A stretch of DNA of 64,000 bases from an uncultured virus (IMG/VR IMGVR_UViG_3300020197_002285). Its lineage: Duplodnaviria > Heunggongvirae > Uroviricota > Caudoviricetes. How positions within the stretch are numbered: the first letter of the stretch is position 1; each line of letters begins with the position of its first letter. Both the position numbers and the translations under genes were made by a program. The notes below the pieces were generated by a model. That model had not been told where the DNA came from. It did no database searches and worked only from the letters and a program-made list of their open reading frames with translations. Positions 20,059-28,842 of the stretch are shown here, one piece after another. The DNA lies in the IMG/VR virus record IMGVR_UViG_3300020197_002285; one strand, written 5' to 3'.

Positions 20059-20208
20059 TTGGAATTCCATCACACCGATCCGAAAGCAAAAGATTTCTCT
20101 ATATCAAGAGCAAGGCTATTAAAACTCGACAACAAAACCAAAAAGGAATTGGATAAATGTCGATTAGCCTGTGCTAACTGCCACAGAGAAATCCATTGGA
20201 ATCAGAAG
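20059..20208 (+). pseudogene. C-terminal fragment of HNH endonuclease
   Basis: EFHH...KELDKC..ACANCHREIH; same family as 20570-20941; N-terminus absent. Confidence 0.65.
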
Positions 20209-20235
20209 TACCCCCGGCAGGACTCGAACCTGCGA
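20209..20235 (-). tRNA. 3' part (T arm and acceptor strand) of split tRNA-Arg(UCU)
   Basis: GCAGG TTCGAGT CCTGC CGGGGGT A; acceptor strand complements GCCCCCG at 21049-21055. Confidence 0.7.
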
Positions 20236-20516
20236 GGCAGGCAAGGTCTCTGCTATTGTTGGATGATAGACTATTCCCGACTCCATTTAACAATTGCGAA
20301 GACCAGTCTTGGTCGGAGAATTGCCCGAACACTTTTCATAAATGCGGGAAGTTAGATAACTGTCTCATCTAACGATATCCAATTAAACAGAGGGAAAGAT
20401 GCTTAACAGTAGTCACAATAGTAGCCACTTAATTTCCCCCCTCTGAATATGGGGTGTGGATAAAGAGCAACCCGGCAATGGGAAGGTTGTAGGGTTCGAG
20501 TCCCTATCAGTCCGCT
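20236..20516 (+). ncRNA. Candidate structured RNA ending in a tRNA-like T arm
   Basis: Several inverted repeats; TAGGG TTCGAGT CCCTA T arm near the 3' end; no convincing ORF. Confidence 0.35.
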
Positions 20517-20569
20517 TTATTCTTTCCACTTTCTGTGGTATAATCTAAGGGTTCGCACTCTCTTAGAGT

Positions 20570-20941
20570 ATGAGAAATGATGAAAACCAAAAAAGACTCA
20601 AGCGTGAATGGTATCATAGAAATCGTGAGGCTGTTCTTGCTCAACAAGCAGAAAAAAGAATAGAACTAAGAGAATGGTTCCAACAATACAAATCCACACT
20701 TTCTTGTGCAAAGTGTGGATTTAGTCATCCGGCAGCGATAGACTTTCACCATGAAGATGGTAGCGAAAAAGAGTTTCTTGTGTCGGCATTGATTGGAAGA
20801 AATCATAGTAAAAATCAGATATTGAAAGAAATTGCAAAATGCACTCCATTTTGCTCTAACTGTCATAGGATATTTCATTATGATGAACGAAACCAAAAAC
20901 GGGCCATTAGCTTAATGGATAAAGCAGTAGCAGCACCCTGA
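20570..20941 (+). CDS. HNH homing-type endonuclease whose 3' end runs into tRNA-Arg
   Basis: CAKCG, IDFHH, EIAKC..FCSNCHRIFH; own promoter TGTGGTATAAT at 20534-20544. Confidence 0.8.
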   Translation: MRNDENQKRLKREWYHRNREAVLAQQAEKRIELREWFQQYKSTLSCAKCGFSHPAAIDFHHEDGSEKEFLVSALIGRNHSKNQILKEIAKCTPFCSNCHRIFHYDERNQKRAISLMDKAVAAP

Positions 20942-20994
20942 AAGGTGAATAGTCTTCTAAGCTACCGATGGGGGTTCGATTCCCTCATGGCCTA
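20901..20994 (+). tRNA. tRNA-Arg(UCU) with 22-nt hairpin insertion at the anticodon stem/loop boundary
   Basis: Cloverleaf GGGCCAT/ATGGCCT, GTAGC [AGCACCCTGAAAGGTGAATAGT] CTTCTAA GCTAC, T arm GGGGG TTCGATT CCCTC. Confidence 0.85.
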
Positions 20995-21055
20995 CTTAGC
21001 TTGTTGCCATTCTAGGCCGTAAGGCAATTGCTCTAATCCACTGAGCTACGGGGGC
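20995..21055 (-). tRNA. 5' part of split tRNA-Arg(UCU) with 21-nt insertion at 34/35
   Basis: GCCCCCG TA GCTC AGTGGATTA GAGC A ATTGC CTT [ACGGCCTAGAATGGCAACAAG] CTAA G; A20 Arg determinant. Confidence 0.75.
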
Positions 21056-21219
21056 GTCACTCCAAAAAGGACTGCTAATTCATCGCTGACATACCAACCG
21101 GCTTGCTTGCCCTTTTCGGCACACTCTTCGTAAGATTCGCTGTCATTTTGTAACAAATCGGCAGAACAGGTTTCGCAATAGAAGCTGGAAAAACAATAAC
21201 GAAATTTGTCGTTCATAAG

Positions 21220-21287
21220 TAACCCCGACAGGACTCAAACCTGCATCTGTTTAGAAAACAGAGGCACTTCCTTTATGCCACGAGGTT
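21220..21287 (-). tRNA. Degenerate tRNA-Arg(UCU)-like gene
   Basis: AACCTCG/CGGGGTT acceptor, TCTGT TTTCTAA ACAGA; 1-nt variable loop, T loop TTTGAGT. Confidence 0.55.
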
Positions 21288-21290
21288 ATA

Positions 21291-21485
21291 TTGGTAGGTT
21301 ATCTGTGGTCCCGCTTCGCTCGTATTAGACTTATTCGTGCTAGACCGACTGTTATATCTAGCCTTATTTCGTCCGTTATGAGCAAAATCCCCACTCACGA
21401 CCGGCCTACCGGCGACGGAACGACTCCTGTCATTTCCCCCGAACCCTTTCGGTAGCCGGGGACAATCTTGTTCACCCACCCCAAC
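21291..21485 (-). ncRNA. Candidate about 190-nt structured ncRNA directly upstream of the tRNA-like gene
   Basis: Ends pair (GGTGGGT/ACCTACC); internal hairpins TCCCCGG/CGGGGGA, CCGG/CCGG, GTGAGT/GCTCAT, TCCGT/ACGGA, GCTAGA/TCTAGC. Confidence 0.5.
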
Positions 21486-21678
21486 CCTCTTTAATAAGTA
21501 CATAAAGAAAGTTGCGCATTGGGAAATGAGCGTCAAGCATTAGACAATTAACGTCGCTCGAACTCGACGTAATAATTGATTCTAAAATCCGTCGCTCCTG
21601 TCGGTCCAATATAATACTGCATTTTTGTCCCAGAATCAAACATCTTCGGCTTCGCTGCCATTACACCACCGGATAAAA

Positions 21679-22179
21679 TTAGCCAACCATATCACACACG
21701 ATATTGTTGGCATCATTCAGTTTTACCCAGAATCGTGTGCCACCGAACTTGGCAAGTTCAGGAGGAAGTTTTTTGTTTTTTGGAATTCTGAAAGTAATCG
21801 AATCAAATGCTTCACCGCCACGGCGAATATAAATTCGGTCAACAACGAGTGTTGTATTCTTTGGCAAAGTAACTCTCAACCAACTCTTGTCTCTGGCATT
21901 GGTAGCACGGAACGAAGAATAGGCTCGATTCAACTGTTCATCAGTCATCGCCCGATCCGTTCCTAGTTCAACACCGGAAACTCCATCAAAGTCTTCGGGG
22001 TCAAAACCCCACCAACAACGATGATAAGACTGACGACTATCGGGGTCATCGTCAATTTTTTTGGGTCCGAGAGCCTGCATCAAAGTTTTATTTCGACGCT
22101 CGAACTCCAACTTAAAGGTCCAATCCTCTGACAAAAGCAGGATAGTGCCGAGCCGTGGAATGAAGAGTTTACTTGGCAT
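21679..22179 (-). CDS. Hypothetical phage protein
   Basis: Start reassigned to MPSKLFIP. Confidence 0.55.
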   Translation of the reverse strand: MPSKLFIPRLGTILLLSEDWTFKLEFERRNKTLMQALGPKKIDDDPDSRQSYHRCWWGFDPEDFDGVSGVELGTDRAMTDEQLNRAYSSFRATNARDKSWLRVTLPKNTTLVVDRIYIRRGGEAFDSITFRIPKNKKLPPELAKFGGTRFWVKLNDANNIVCDMVG

Positions 22180-22519
22180 TTTTTTCCTGCATTTTCTTTT
22201 GGCATTCTTCGTTATAGCAAACGTATTTGCCGTCTTTTTGACGCCAGCCACACCATTCGTAATTGAAAACACACCCGCAATAGGCGCACATTTTGAAGAT
22301 TTCCTCTGGCATTTTTACTCCTATTATACCACGGATTACAAACGCTGTAAATCTTCGATACCCAAATCTTCGATACCCAAATCTTCTGCGGCAAAGACTT
22401 CTCCACGATCAACCACGGCAAGGACGGCTCTTACCTTAGCCCCAAAGGATTCCAACACCCTAAGTTGGCATGTACCAGAAATGTTAACTTATTCTTATCA
22501 GAGGGAACTCTCGGAGGCA

Positions 22520-22738
22520 TCATACCCAAGTCTCCACAATAACAGGATCGTCATTAGGGTGTCTGTCAATCTTCACTTTGCCTTCCGGCACAAATGCTCG
22601 AATTTCTTCAAGAGTTTTTGCAGTGTGATGTTTTTCAGTTGGGTGAGTATATCCGGGGCCAACTTCGTGTACCCTAACAACATAAAGATCAGGAATATTG
22701 TTTGTAATTACCCACATTTCAAGAATGTTAGAATCCAT
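22520..22738 (-). CDS. Hypothetical protein
   Basis: R.P.DDPVIVETWV C-terminus. Confidence 0.6.
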   Translation of the reverse strand: MDSNILEMWVITNNIPDLYVVRVHEVGPGYTHPTEKHHTAKTLEEIRAFVPEGKVKIDRHPNDDPVIVETWV

Positions 22739-22891
22739 TAGAAAGCCCCATCTGAAAGGTATGAATAATCTTGGCCGTCTTCGCCAAGAAATGAAATCAA
22801 CTTAGAAGAAAAACCACCCGACTCATCGAATCGAAGTGGCTTTTTAGAATCATCCACTACAATGCCGTCTCCCTGTCCTTCATTTGCAAAG

Positions 22892-22985
22892 AGCCAGCGG
22901 TCGGACTCGAACCGACAACCTGTTGATTACAATTTATAGGCTTCTTGGCCTGAATCAACTGCTCTGCCAATTGAGCTACACTGGC
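22892..22985 (-). tRNA. tRNA-Thr(UGU) with 21-nt hairpin insertion in the anticodon loop
   Basis: GCCAGTG/CGCTGGC, GTTGA T [TCAGGCCAAGAAGCCTATAAA] TTGTAA TCAAC, T arm GTCGG TTCGAGT CCGAC. Confidence 0.88.
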
Positions 22986-22986
22986 G

Positions 22987-23062
22987 GAACCAATTGCTGT
23001 TTTTCTCCTGTGACAATTAGCACAACGAATTTCGCACTTCAACAACTCTTTTTCTAAATTCT
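22987..23062 (-). pseudogene. HNH endonuclease C-terminal remnant abutting tRNA-Thr
   Basis: LEKELLKCEIRCANCHRRKT. Confidence 0.6.
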
Positions 23063-23141
23063 TTCTTGCTCTACCCGGAACATGAAAACGCCAACAAAAA
23101 TGGCAAGCGGAAATATTATTTTCAGAAAAATTGAGCTAGAG

Positions 23142-23221
23142 AGCGACATATGGGAATCATATGGGAATCGAACCCATTTTTCCAGCGTGGAAGGCTGGCC
23201 CGACCGTTAGGCCAATGTCGC
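23142..23221 (-). tRNA. tRNA-Gly(UCC), degenerate, with 11-nt tandem duplication after the T arm
   Basis: GCGACAT/ATGTCGC, CAGC CTTCCAC GCTG, duplicated ATGATTCCCAT. Confidence 0.6.
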
Positions 23222-23263
23222 ATAGTCTATTCTACCACAGGAAACTCAACCTGTAAACCGGAG

Positions 23264-23334
23264 AGCGGGATACGGAAATCGAACCCGTGCCCAAACCTTG
23301 GGAATGTTTTATTCTACCACTAAACTAATCCTGC
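23264..23334 (-). tRNA. tRNA-Gly(CCC)
   Basis: GCAGGAT/ATCCCGC T, loop TTCCCAA, T arm ACGGG TTCGATT TCCGT. Confidence 0.75.
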
Positions 23335-23340
23335 GTATAG

Positions 23341-24210
23341 TTAATTCGGCACCAACAAATTTTGCTTAATAAATGAATCAAAGAAAAATGGCCATGCCGG
23401 ACTGGTCGTATGGAAAATCTTCACAGGAGAAGATTTTAACTTATAAGTCTGAACATCTGACTTATCGAAATAATTACACATCAGGTTGTTTTCTAAAACA
23501 AACAAAGTACAAGCACACTCTTCACGATTGAGAGCATCTTCACGATGAGCGTACATTATTTCTGCCATCGGATGCTTTTTCAAAAGTAAACGATTGCAAT
23601 AACCCAATATCTGCTCGCCATATTTCGCCGCCGTACCATTGTTGAAAACTACAACTCCCGAATTAAAAGGCGACATTCTCACTTTTACAGGATTTGCTGG
23701 GTTCTTGTCTTTTTCATAATTAAAAACCCAAAAGGTTTGCTCGGTATAAGCCTGCTTGCTTTCTGCTGCCGAATAACTTTGCATGTAATCAGCAACAAAA
23801 TCTACTTTATTGTGATCTAACAATGAATCTAAATTGTCAAAAATAAAGGTGTCTACATCCAACAAAAGAACAGTTTCATCTTGAATTTCTTTTAGATAAA
23901 TTCTGTGTGTGGAGTTATAGCCGGTAAGCTGTTTGATGGGTGCTGGAACACGACGCAAATTTACATTCAATTCTTTACAAAGATCAAAGATTTCTGGCTC
24001 TTCAATCTTTAGATATTTCTTAGCATTATCGGCACTGATATATTGAGCCAAATTAGTTGATGAAACATAATTATCCGCACCGCCATCCTCGACGTAAAAC
24101 AAAGTAATTGGCAAATTTGGGTTATATTTTCTTAACAAACGGACACTAACAGAAAACATCCCACGATAAATGGGATTTTGATTCAATAAGTAAACACAGG
24201 ATTTTGACAT
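23341..24210 (-). CDS. Glycosyltransferase (GT8-like)
   Basis: LLLDVDT DxD motif, FNSGVVVF, KIFH. Confidence 0.7.
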   Translation of the reverse strand: MSKSCVYLLNQNPIYRGMFSVSVRLLRKYNPNLPITLFYVEDGGADNYVSSTNLAQYISADNAKKYLKIEEPEIFDLCKELNVNLRRVPAPIKQLTGYNSTHRIYLKEIQDETVLLLDVDTFIFDNLDSLLDHNKVDFVADYMQSYSAAESKQAYTEQTFWVFNYEKDKNPANPVKVRMSPFNSGVVVFNNGTAAKYGEQILGYCNRLLLKKHPMAEIMYAHREDALNREECACTLFVLENNLMCNYFDKSDVQTYKLKSSPVKIFHTTSPAWPFFFDSFIKQNLLVPN

Positions 24211-24220
24211 ATTTTTTCTC

Positions 24221-24934
24221 CTACCCGATAAAAGAGTTAACCTTATAAGTTTCTCTCGCCCATTGTTCAACAAGCATATCCTGATGCATTCTCTCGCCAA
24301 AGGGAGTAAATTGCCCCCGATGGACAACACCCGTAATAGGATACCAAAAATAATGATAAAAGTAAATGCCAGCTTGCGTAAATTGTTTAATTTTATAATC
24401 GCAAGCTATTTCTGCACTAAGACTTGAAGAAACAACTACTTCGGATATTTCCGGCTCAACAAGACATTTTACCAAGAAGTCCTTTTTCCAAAATCGAGCT
24501 TGTTGAGAAAACCTCCAATCACTTTTCACGTCAAATTGAAGAACGGGATTATTTAAAATTGAATATTCAGTTTGATTTAACTGATAATAAGGAAGACAAG
24601 GACTTACTTGCAAAGCGTCCCAGCCATTGCTTTCAAATGCCGAAAACAACTCATTGAACAACCGGGCCGACATAGGTGCTGTAGGCCAATATTCCTCTAA
24701 CATGTAAAACACATATTCACAATCCAAAGAATCAAGTATCTTTTCAAGACGGTAAATATAACTTCCCTTGCCAGTCTTGATCGAATGAAAAGGGGATTCA
24801 ATTTCCCCATCTTCTGTGCAGAAATAAATCGGCCAAGAAATAGAAAAATCCCAGAACTTTTTCATATAATGAACAAGTCCGGGCCAATATTGTTGATATT
24901 TATCACAAGTTTGAATTACGACAGCACCCTTCAT
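24221..24934 (-). CDS. Glycosyltransferase-like protein
   Basis: TCDKY..YW, YVFYMLEEYW, Q...WKK..L pattern. Confidence 0.5.
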   Translation of the reverse strand: MKGAVVIQTCDKYQQYWPGLVHYMKKFWDFSISWPIYFCTEDGEIESPFHSIKTGKGSYIYRLEKILDSLDCEYVFYMLEEYWPTAPMSARLFNELFSAFESNGWDALQVSPCLPYYQLNQTEYSILNNPVLQFDVKSDWRFSQQARFWKKDFLVKCLVEPEISEVVVSSSLSAEIACDYKIKQFTQAGIYFYHYFWYPITGVVHRGQFTPFGERMHQDMLVEQWARETYKVNSFIG

Positions 24935-25001
24935 ACTCTAAAAGAGTTTAAAGTGGAAGAGATTAGCAACAGCAAATACGGCCTTTGAAATAATCTGAGA
25001 A

Positions 25002-25409
25002 CTAGCCTTCGCCACCAATTTCGTGTTTGTAAACTTCATGGCGGTCATCACAATCGTCCTCATCCCGATAATAATTATTTTCAACCAAACGTTTTTGCGT
25101 TTCTTGAAAATGGGCCTCATTCATTAACGTCCATACCGAATTTTGGCCAAATATCACGCAAAGGTAAAAATTCTCGTCATCCCGTTTAAAAGGGATGTTG
25201 TAGGCTTCAAAATAAGAATTCTTATCTTGAAATTTGTATACATTATCCCAACCGCCACCCTCTTTATGGAAAACTTCTTCAGTAAATTCCCTAAACTCAT
25301 CAATTGTAAATTCCGAGTATTGTTCAGGAAGATAAGCAACACATTCACCATCAAGTGCTTGATGCTTTCTCAAGGCGTTAAGTATCCGTGGTTCGCATGG
25401 TAAGCTCAT
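25002..25409 (-). CDS. Hypothetical protein
   Basis: ORF with AGGAG RBS. Confidence 0.55.
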   Translation of the reverse strand: MSLPCEPRILNALRKHQALDGECVAYLPEQYSEFTIDEFREFTEEVFHKEGGGWDNVYKFQDKNSYFEAYNIPFKRDDENFYLCVIFGQNSVWTLMNEAHFQETQKRLVENNYYRDEDDCDDRHEVYKHEIGGEG

Positions 25410-25447
25410 TCGTTGTCTCCTTAGCCGCTTTAAAAATCAACGAAAAA

Positions 25448-25840
25448 TCAGTATCGCCAAGGTGTATAAAATTGCAAATCAATTTCTTTGGACCTGTCAA
25501 GCATCATACAATTCATTGAAGTTGGTTGCATTTCTGCTACATAAGTAAACACGACTTGTGGATCAAATTCCGCACAAGAATATACGTCCAATTGAGCTAA
25601 TGACGGTTGTTGTTTGTCCCAACAATGAATCGAAATGTGCGAGGTTTCGATCATCACAATTCCGGCAATGCCATTATTTCCTTCCGACTCCACATAATCA
25701 ACATGCGGACCACCACTCTTACAGATTTTCATATTAATGGCATTAACAAGTCTACGAAGCCAATCTTTTGTTTTTTCTACATCCGTGAAAGGATTATTGA
25801 CATTACAACGAATAATTAAATGCTTATGTTTTACTTCCAT
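25448..25840 (-). CDS. speD: S-adenosylmethionine decarboxylase-like proenzyme (pyruvoyl type)
   Basis: HLII, IETSHISIHCW, LDVYSC. Confidence 0.85.
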   Translation of the reverse strand: MEVKHKHLIIRCNVNNPFTDVEKTKDWLRRLVNAINMKICKSGGPHVDYVESEGNNGIAGIVMIETSHISIHCWDKQQPSLAQLDVYSCAEFDPQVVFTYVAEMQPTSMNCMMLDRSKEIDLQFYTPWRY

Positions 25841-25953
25841 ATTTTTTACCGTTTGATGACTTCTACGAAGTCATTTCTATTTTACAAATCACAAAACCTA
25901 TAAGCGTTAATTCCAGTCAAACTGACAGTATATGAAATTTCTTGTTGTTTTAG

Positions 25954-26247
25954 CTAAACAATAATTTGAGAACTATTAGACGCAATTACAATTCCACTGC
26001 CAAATTTTTCATTATATGAATTGACAACTTCTTCTTCTGGCTCCATTACATAGATGATATGCTTGTCATCTATCGAAAAAGTATCTGACTTACTCAATGG
26101 GGAAAATGGCATCATACCAATTCCAGCTTGGGTCATAAGTAGTTTAACAGGGTTTTTTAACACATGTTTTATGTGATTGTCCGTTGAATTTAATTCATGT
26201 TCAGAAATTAATTCTTCCCCACTCACCATCTTAATTAGCTTGACCAT
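25954..26247 (-). CDS. Conserved T4-like phage small protein (probable Sm-like fold)
   Basis: KLIKMVSGEELI, LKNP, Y..KFGSGIV. Confidence 0.55.
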   Translation of the reverse strand: MVKLIKMVSGEELISEHELNSTDNHIKHVLKNPVKLLMTQAGIGMMPFSPLSKSDTFSIDDKHIIYVMEPEEEVVNSYNEKFGSGIVIASNSSQIIV

Positions 26248-26292
26248 AAAGTTCTCCTTTAACCAATTATTATAAAGAGGAAAATTCTAAAG

Positions 26293-26499
26293 TCAAAGTA
26301 TTTTTTGTTTGAAATTTTTTCTAATTTTGAATTCTTTAGAAATAGAGTTTACAATGTCTGACCCTGTATATTCAAACCAACAAGGGACAATTCCGTGTAT
26401 TGTCAAGACAATAACAGCAATAAGCAGTTGAAAAACGAATGCAAAGGCGACACACATGTGTTGGAAGTAGCCAACGTTTTGTTCTTTAAGATGTTTCAT
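26293..26499 (-). CDS. DUF6356-like small membrane protein
   Basis: HLKEQNVGYFQHM...IHGIVP.WF..TGS; exact TATAAATA at 26504-26511. Confidence 0.7.
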   Translation of the reverse strand: MKHLKEQNVGYFQHMCVAFAFVFQLLIAVIVLTIHGIVPCWFEYTGSDIVNSISKEFKIRKNFKQKIL

Positions 26500-26640
26500 A
26501 AATTATTTATACATCGACGGCGTAAAAATACCTACTTTGCCTTGTATCGGGCAGGGCGAACCTCTTTACATAGGGGTACTTTTACCGTTCTCAGAAATCT
26601 AGGGAAATCTGGGTTTGACGAATCAACCAGTTTTCAGCCG

Positions 26641-27170
26641 TTATACGCTGAAAACCTTTAATGGATTGATCCGTACTGGCATTGCGGCAATGCTCCTATC
26701 AGGGAAAGTCTCGTAGACTTTATCCCCGATTACTTTTCGCCCTATGTTGAGCGAACCATTTACATCAGCATGAATAGGTCGGAACGTATGATATATCCCC
26801 TTACTCCTCGTCCCACTCAAGATAGGTGGCTCTGCATCCCAAACAGGTAGTTTGTCATGGTCAAGGAAACTTGCCTTGCTGGTGTATGCCTCTTCCGTGA
26901 ACTCCACTGAGATGCCAACCAGTGTTGCCTTGTACTTGACCTTCTCCAAGAATCGCCAGAACGGAATATACTGGAAGTTTTGTTTTTGTGGTTTCCGCAT
27001 CTTGACTTCTTGCTTCCAGCCATCATTCTTGCCGATGATGATGCGACCAATGTCATGCTTGACGCACAAGTCAACGATTAACTTGGACGCATGATGAAAG
27101 TAGTTTTCAATCTGGAAGTAACGCTTCCTGCTCGTTCTTTTGTTCGGACGCTTGTTGTATAACCTTTTGA
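26641..27170 (-). pseudogene. tnpB: C-terminal half of IS200/IS605 TnpB
   Basis: YFHHASK, IIIGKN..WKQ, EEAYTSKASFLD, IHADVNGSLNIGRK. Confidence 0.8.
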
Positions 27171-27177
27171 TGGATTA

Positions 27178-27447
27178 GTGAAGCACACAGGAGTTGCCGA
27201 GCATCCCCTTTATGGATTTGACATTGTTTATCCAACTCTTAATTTCACTGGAAAAAGTCTTTTGGTCATAGGTTCTCATGCCGACCGAAGGTTAGTGAGA
27301 GAACAGGCGAGAAACGCTGGTATGCAAATTATTTTTGTAGACCCAGAACTTTACGAAGGACAGCCTTATGCGGTAGAAGACGCTCAGGACAACGATTTGA
27401 TAATTAGACTTAAAGCGTCTGAGTTTGCCGAGCAAATTTTAGCATAA
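27178..27447 (+). CDS. Fragment resembling a SIR2-like C-terminal Rossmann segment
   Basis: LLVIGS...IIFVDP; appears 5'-truncated. Confidence 0.3.
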   Translation: MKHTGVAEHPLYGFDIVYPTLNFTGKSLLVIGSHADRRLVREQARNAGMQIIFVDPELYEGQPYAVEDAQDNDLIIRLKASEFAEQILA

Positions 27448-28107
27448 AATGATTGCTTGTTTCGTTGGAAGATACACAAGATTGTCTTGGTAGAATTCAT
27501 CCACTGCTTTCTTGGCTCCTTTGCTTACAAAATCGCCGTAATCATCATATACAATAATTCCGCCTTTGTTCATTCTAGGATATATGAACTCAGAGACTTG
27601 CATGATTGATTTATAAGTATCGCAATCTACATGCACAAAAGAAAACTTTTCATTTTCAATTTTTTTGAGAGTATCATCAAATTTTCCTTTGTGTATTTTC
27701 ACAAAGTTCATGGCTCCGAATTCCTCTTGAATTCTTTCAAATGATATTCCTGATCGTTTGCCAAAAGCTCCTACTTCCCAAAAATTGTCTTTTTCAGAAG
27801 TCTCAGGAATTCCTGTGAATGTATCCAGCAAATGAAGTGTTTTTGATCTTCCGGTTAGATGCTTGGCTATAATTCGAGCCGTGCCGCCTTTCCAGACGCC
27901 AAATTCTGCGACAGCCCCATCGCATTTAAATGTTTGTTTTAGGAATTCAATTAGTGTGAAAACTACAACTGGCGGGGACGCCGATTGGGATGCCAGATTG
28001 AAAAACTTCTCTTCTCTCCACGGCTGAAACAGCGATTGAAAGTCAGGCCAGGGTTGCCAAAACTCTGCTAATGGCCGATACAAATCTTGTTTATTGACAC
28101 GAAGCAT
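27439..28107 (-). CDS. TylF/MycF-family O-methyltransferase
   Basis: AEFGVWKGG, DTFTGIP, GKFDDTL, FVHVDCD.Y, GGIIVYDDY. Confidence 0.88.
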   Translation of the reverse strand: MLRVNKQDLYRPLAEFWQPWPDFQSLFQPWREEKFFNLASQSASPPVVVFTLIEFLKQTFKCDGAVAEFGVWKGGTARIIAKHLTGRSKTLHLLDTFTGIPETSEKDNFWEVGAFGKRSGISFERIQEEFGAMNFVKIHKGKFDDTLKKIENEKFSFVHVDCDTYKSIMQVSEFIYPRMNKGGIIVYDDYGDFVSKGAKKAVDEFYQDNLVYLPTKQAIILC

Positions 28108-28131
28108 TGATTTGTCTCACCACTTCTTCTG

Positions 28132-28800
28132 CTATTGGACAGTCGGGATAATTTCCCAATTATTGATGCTCTTGAGGATACGACCATTAACCAATATGGG
28201 TTTAGCCAGTTGGTTTGAAGTTATCGTAGCTAAATTGTTTACACCAATGTCTATACACGCAACATTGTTTTTACTGATTTTTTCTTTCTTGCTTTCTTGT
28301 TCGTACTGTACGTCCACCACGAAACCAAAAGTCTTGGGCGTTAGGATGACTTGTTTGTACTGCCTCTGGCTTTGGATGCCGAAGCAATCATTAGTGGGCG
28401 TGATGGTGTTCGGTTTCTGCTTGACCTTGTTCTGCCCTCCCTTGATGGTTTCGTTGTAGAAGATGACTTGTGCTAGTTTGTCCTTGTAGTACGGAGGTTT
28501 GGGCATTCTCCTGAACTTGCTTGGGTCTTTTTTGTGGGCATTGAGTGTTTTCTTGAAGTTGGTCCAGTCTGTGAGGCACTTGCGTATGGTTTGCTTCGCC
28601 GTCTTGGTATTATGCAGGTTCCTGAAGCAATCCTCACCCCTGACGGCAGCGATGAGCATGTTGATGTCGGGCAATATCGTATTGCCGAACCACGCACGTC
28701 GCATGAGGAAATTGCACTTGTTGTACAGTTCCTTGCTTTCGGTGCAGAGTCGGACGATTTCAGGCGTCCCTCGTATTTGGTGTCGCTCAACCAGTAGCAT
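28132..28800 (-). pseudogene. tnpB: N-terminal half of IS200/IS605 TnpB
   Basis: MLLVERHQI, SKELYN, PKPPYYK, IDIGVNNLAT, NGRILKSIN. Confidence 0.8.
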
Positions 28801-28842
28801 ACCTTTATATAGAGGGTTAGTCCTGAATTTTTGAGGCTGAAA

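Noticed and set aside
21291..21485. RNase P, SRP or tmRNA assignment
   Set aside because: Lacks the GAGGAAAGUCC P4 motif, the SRP helix-8 motif and tRNA-Ala-like ends
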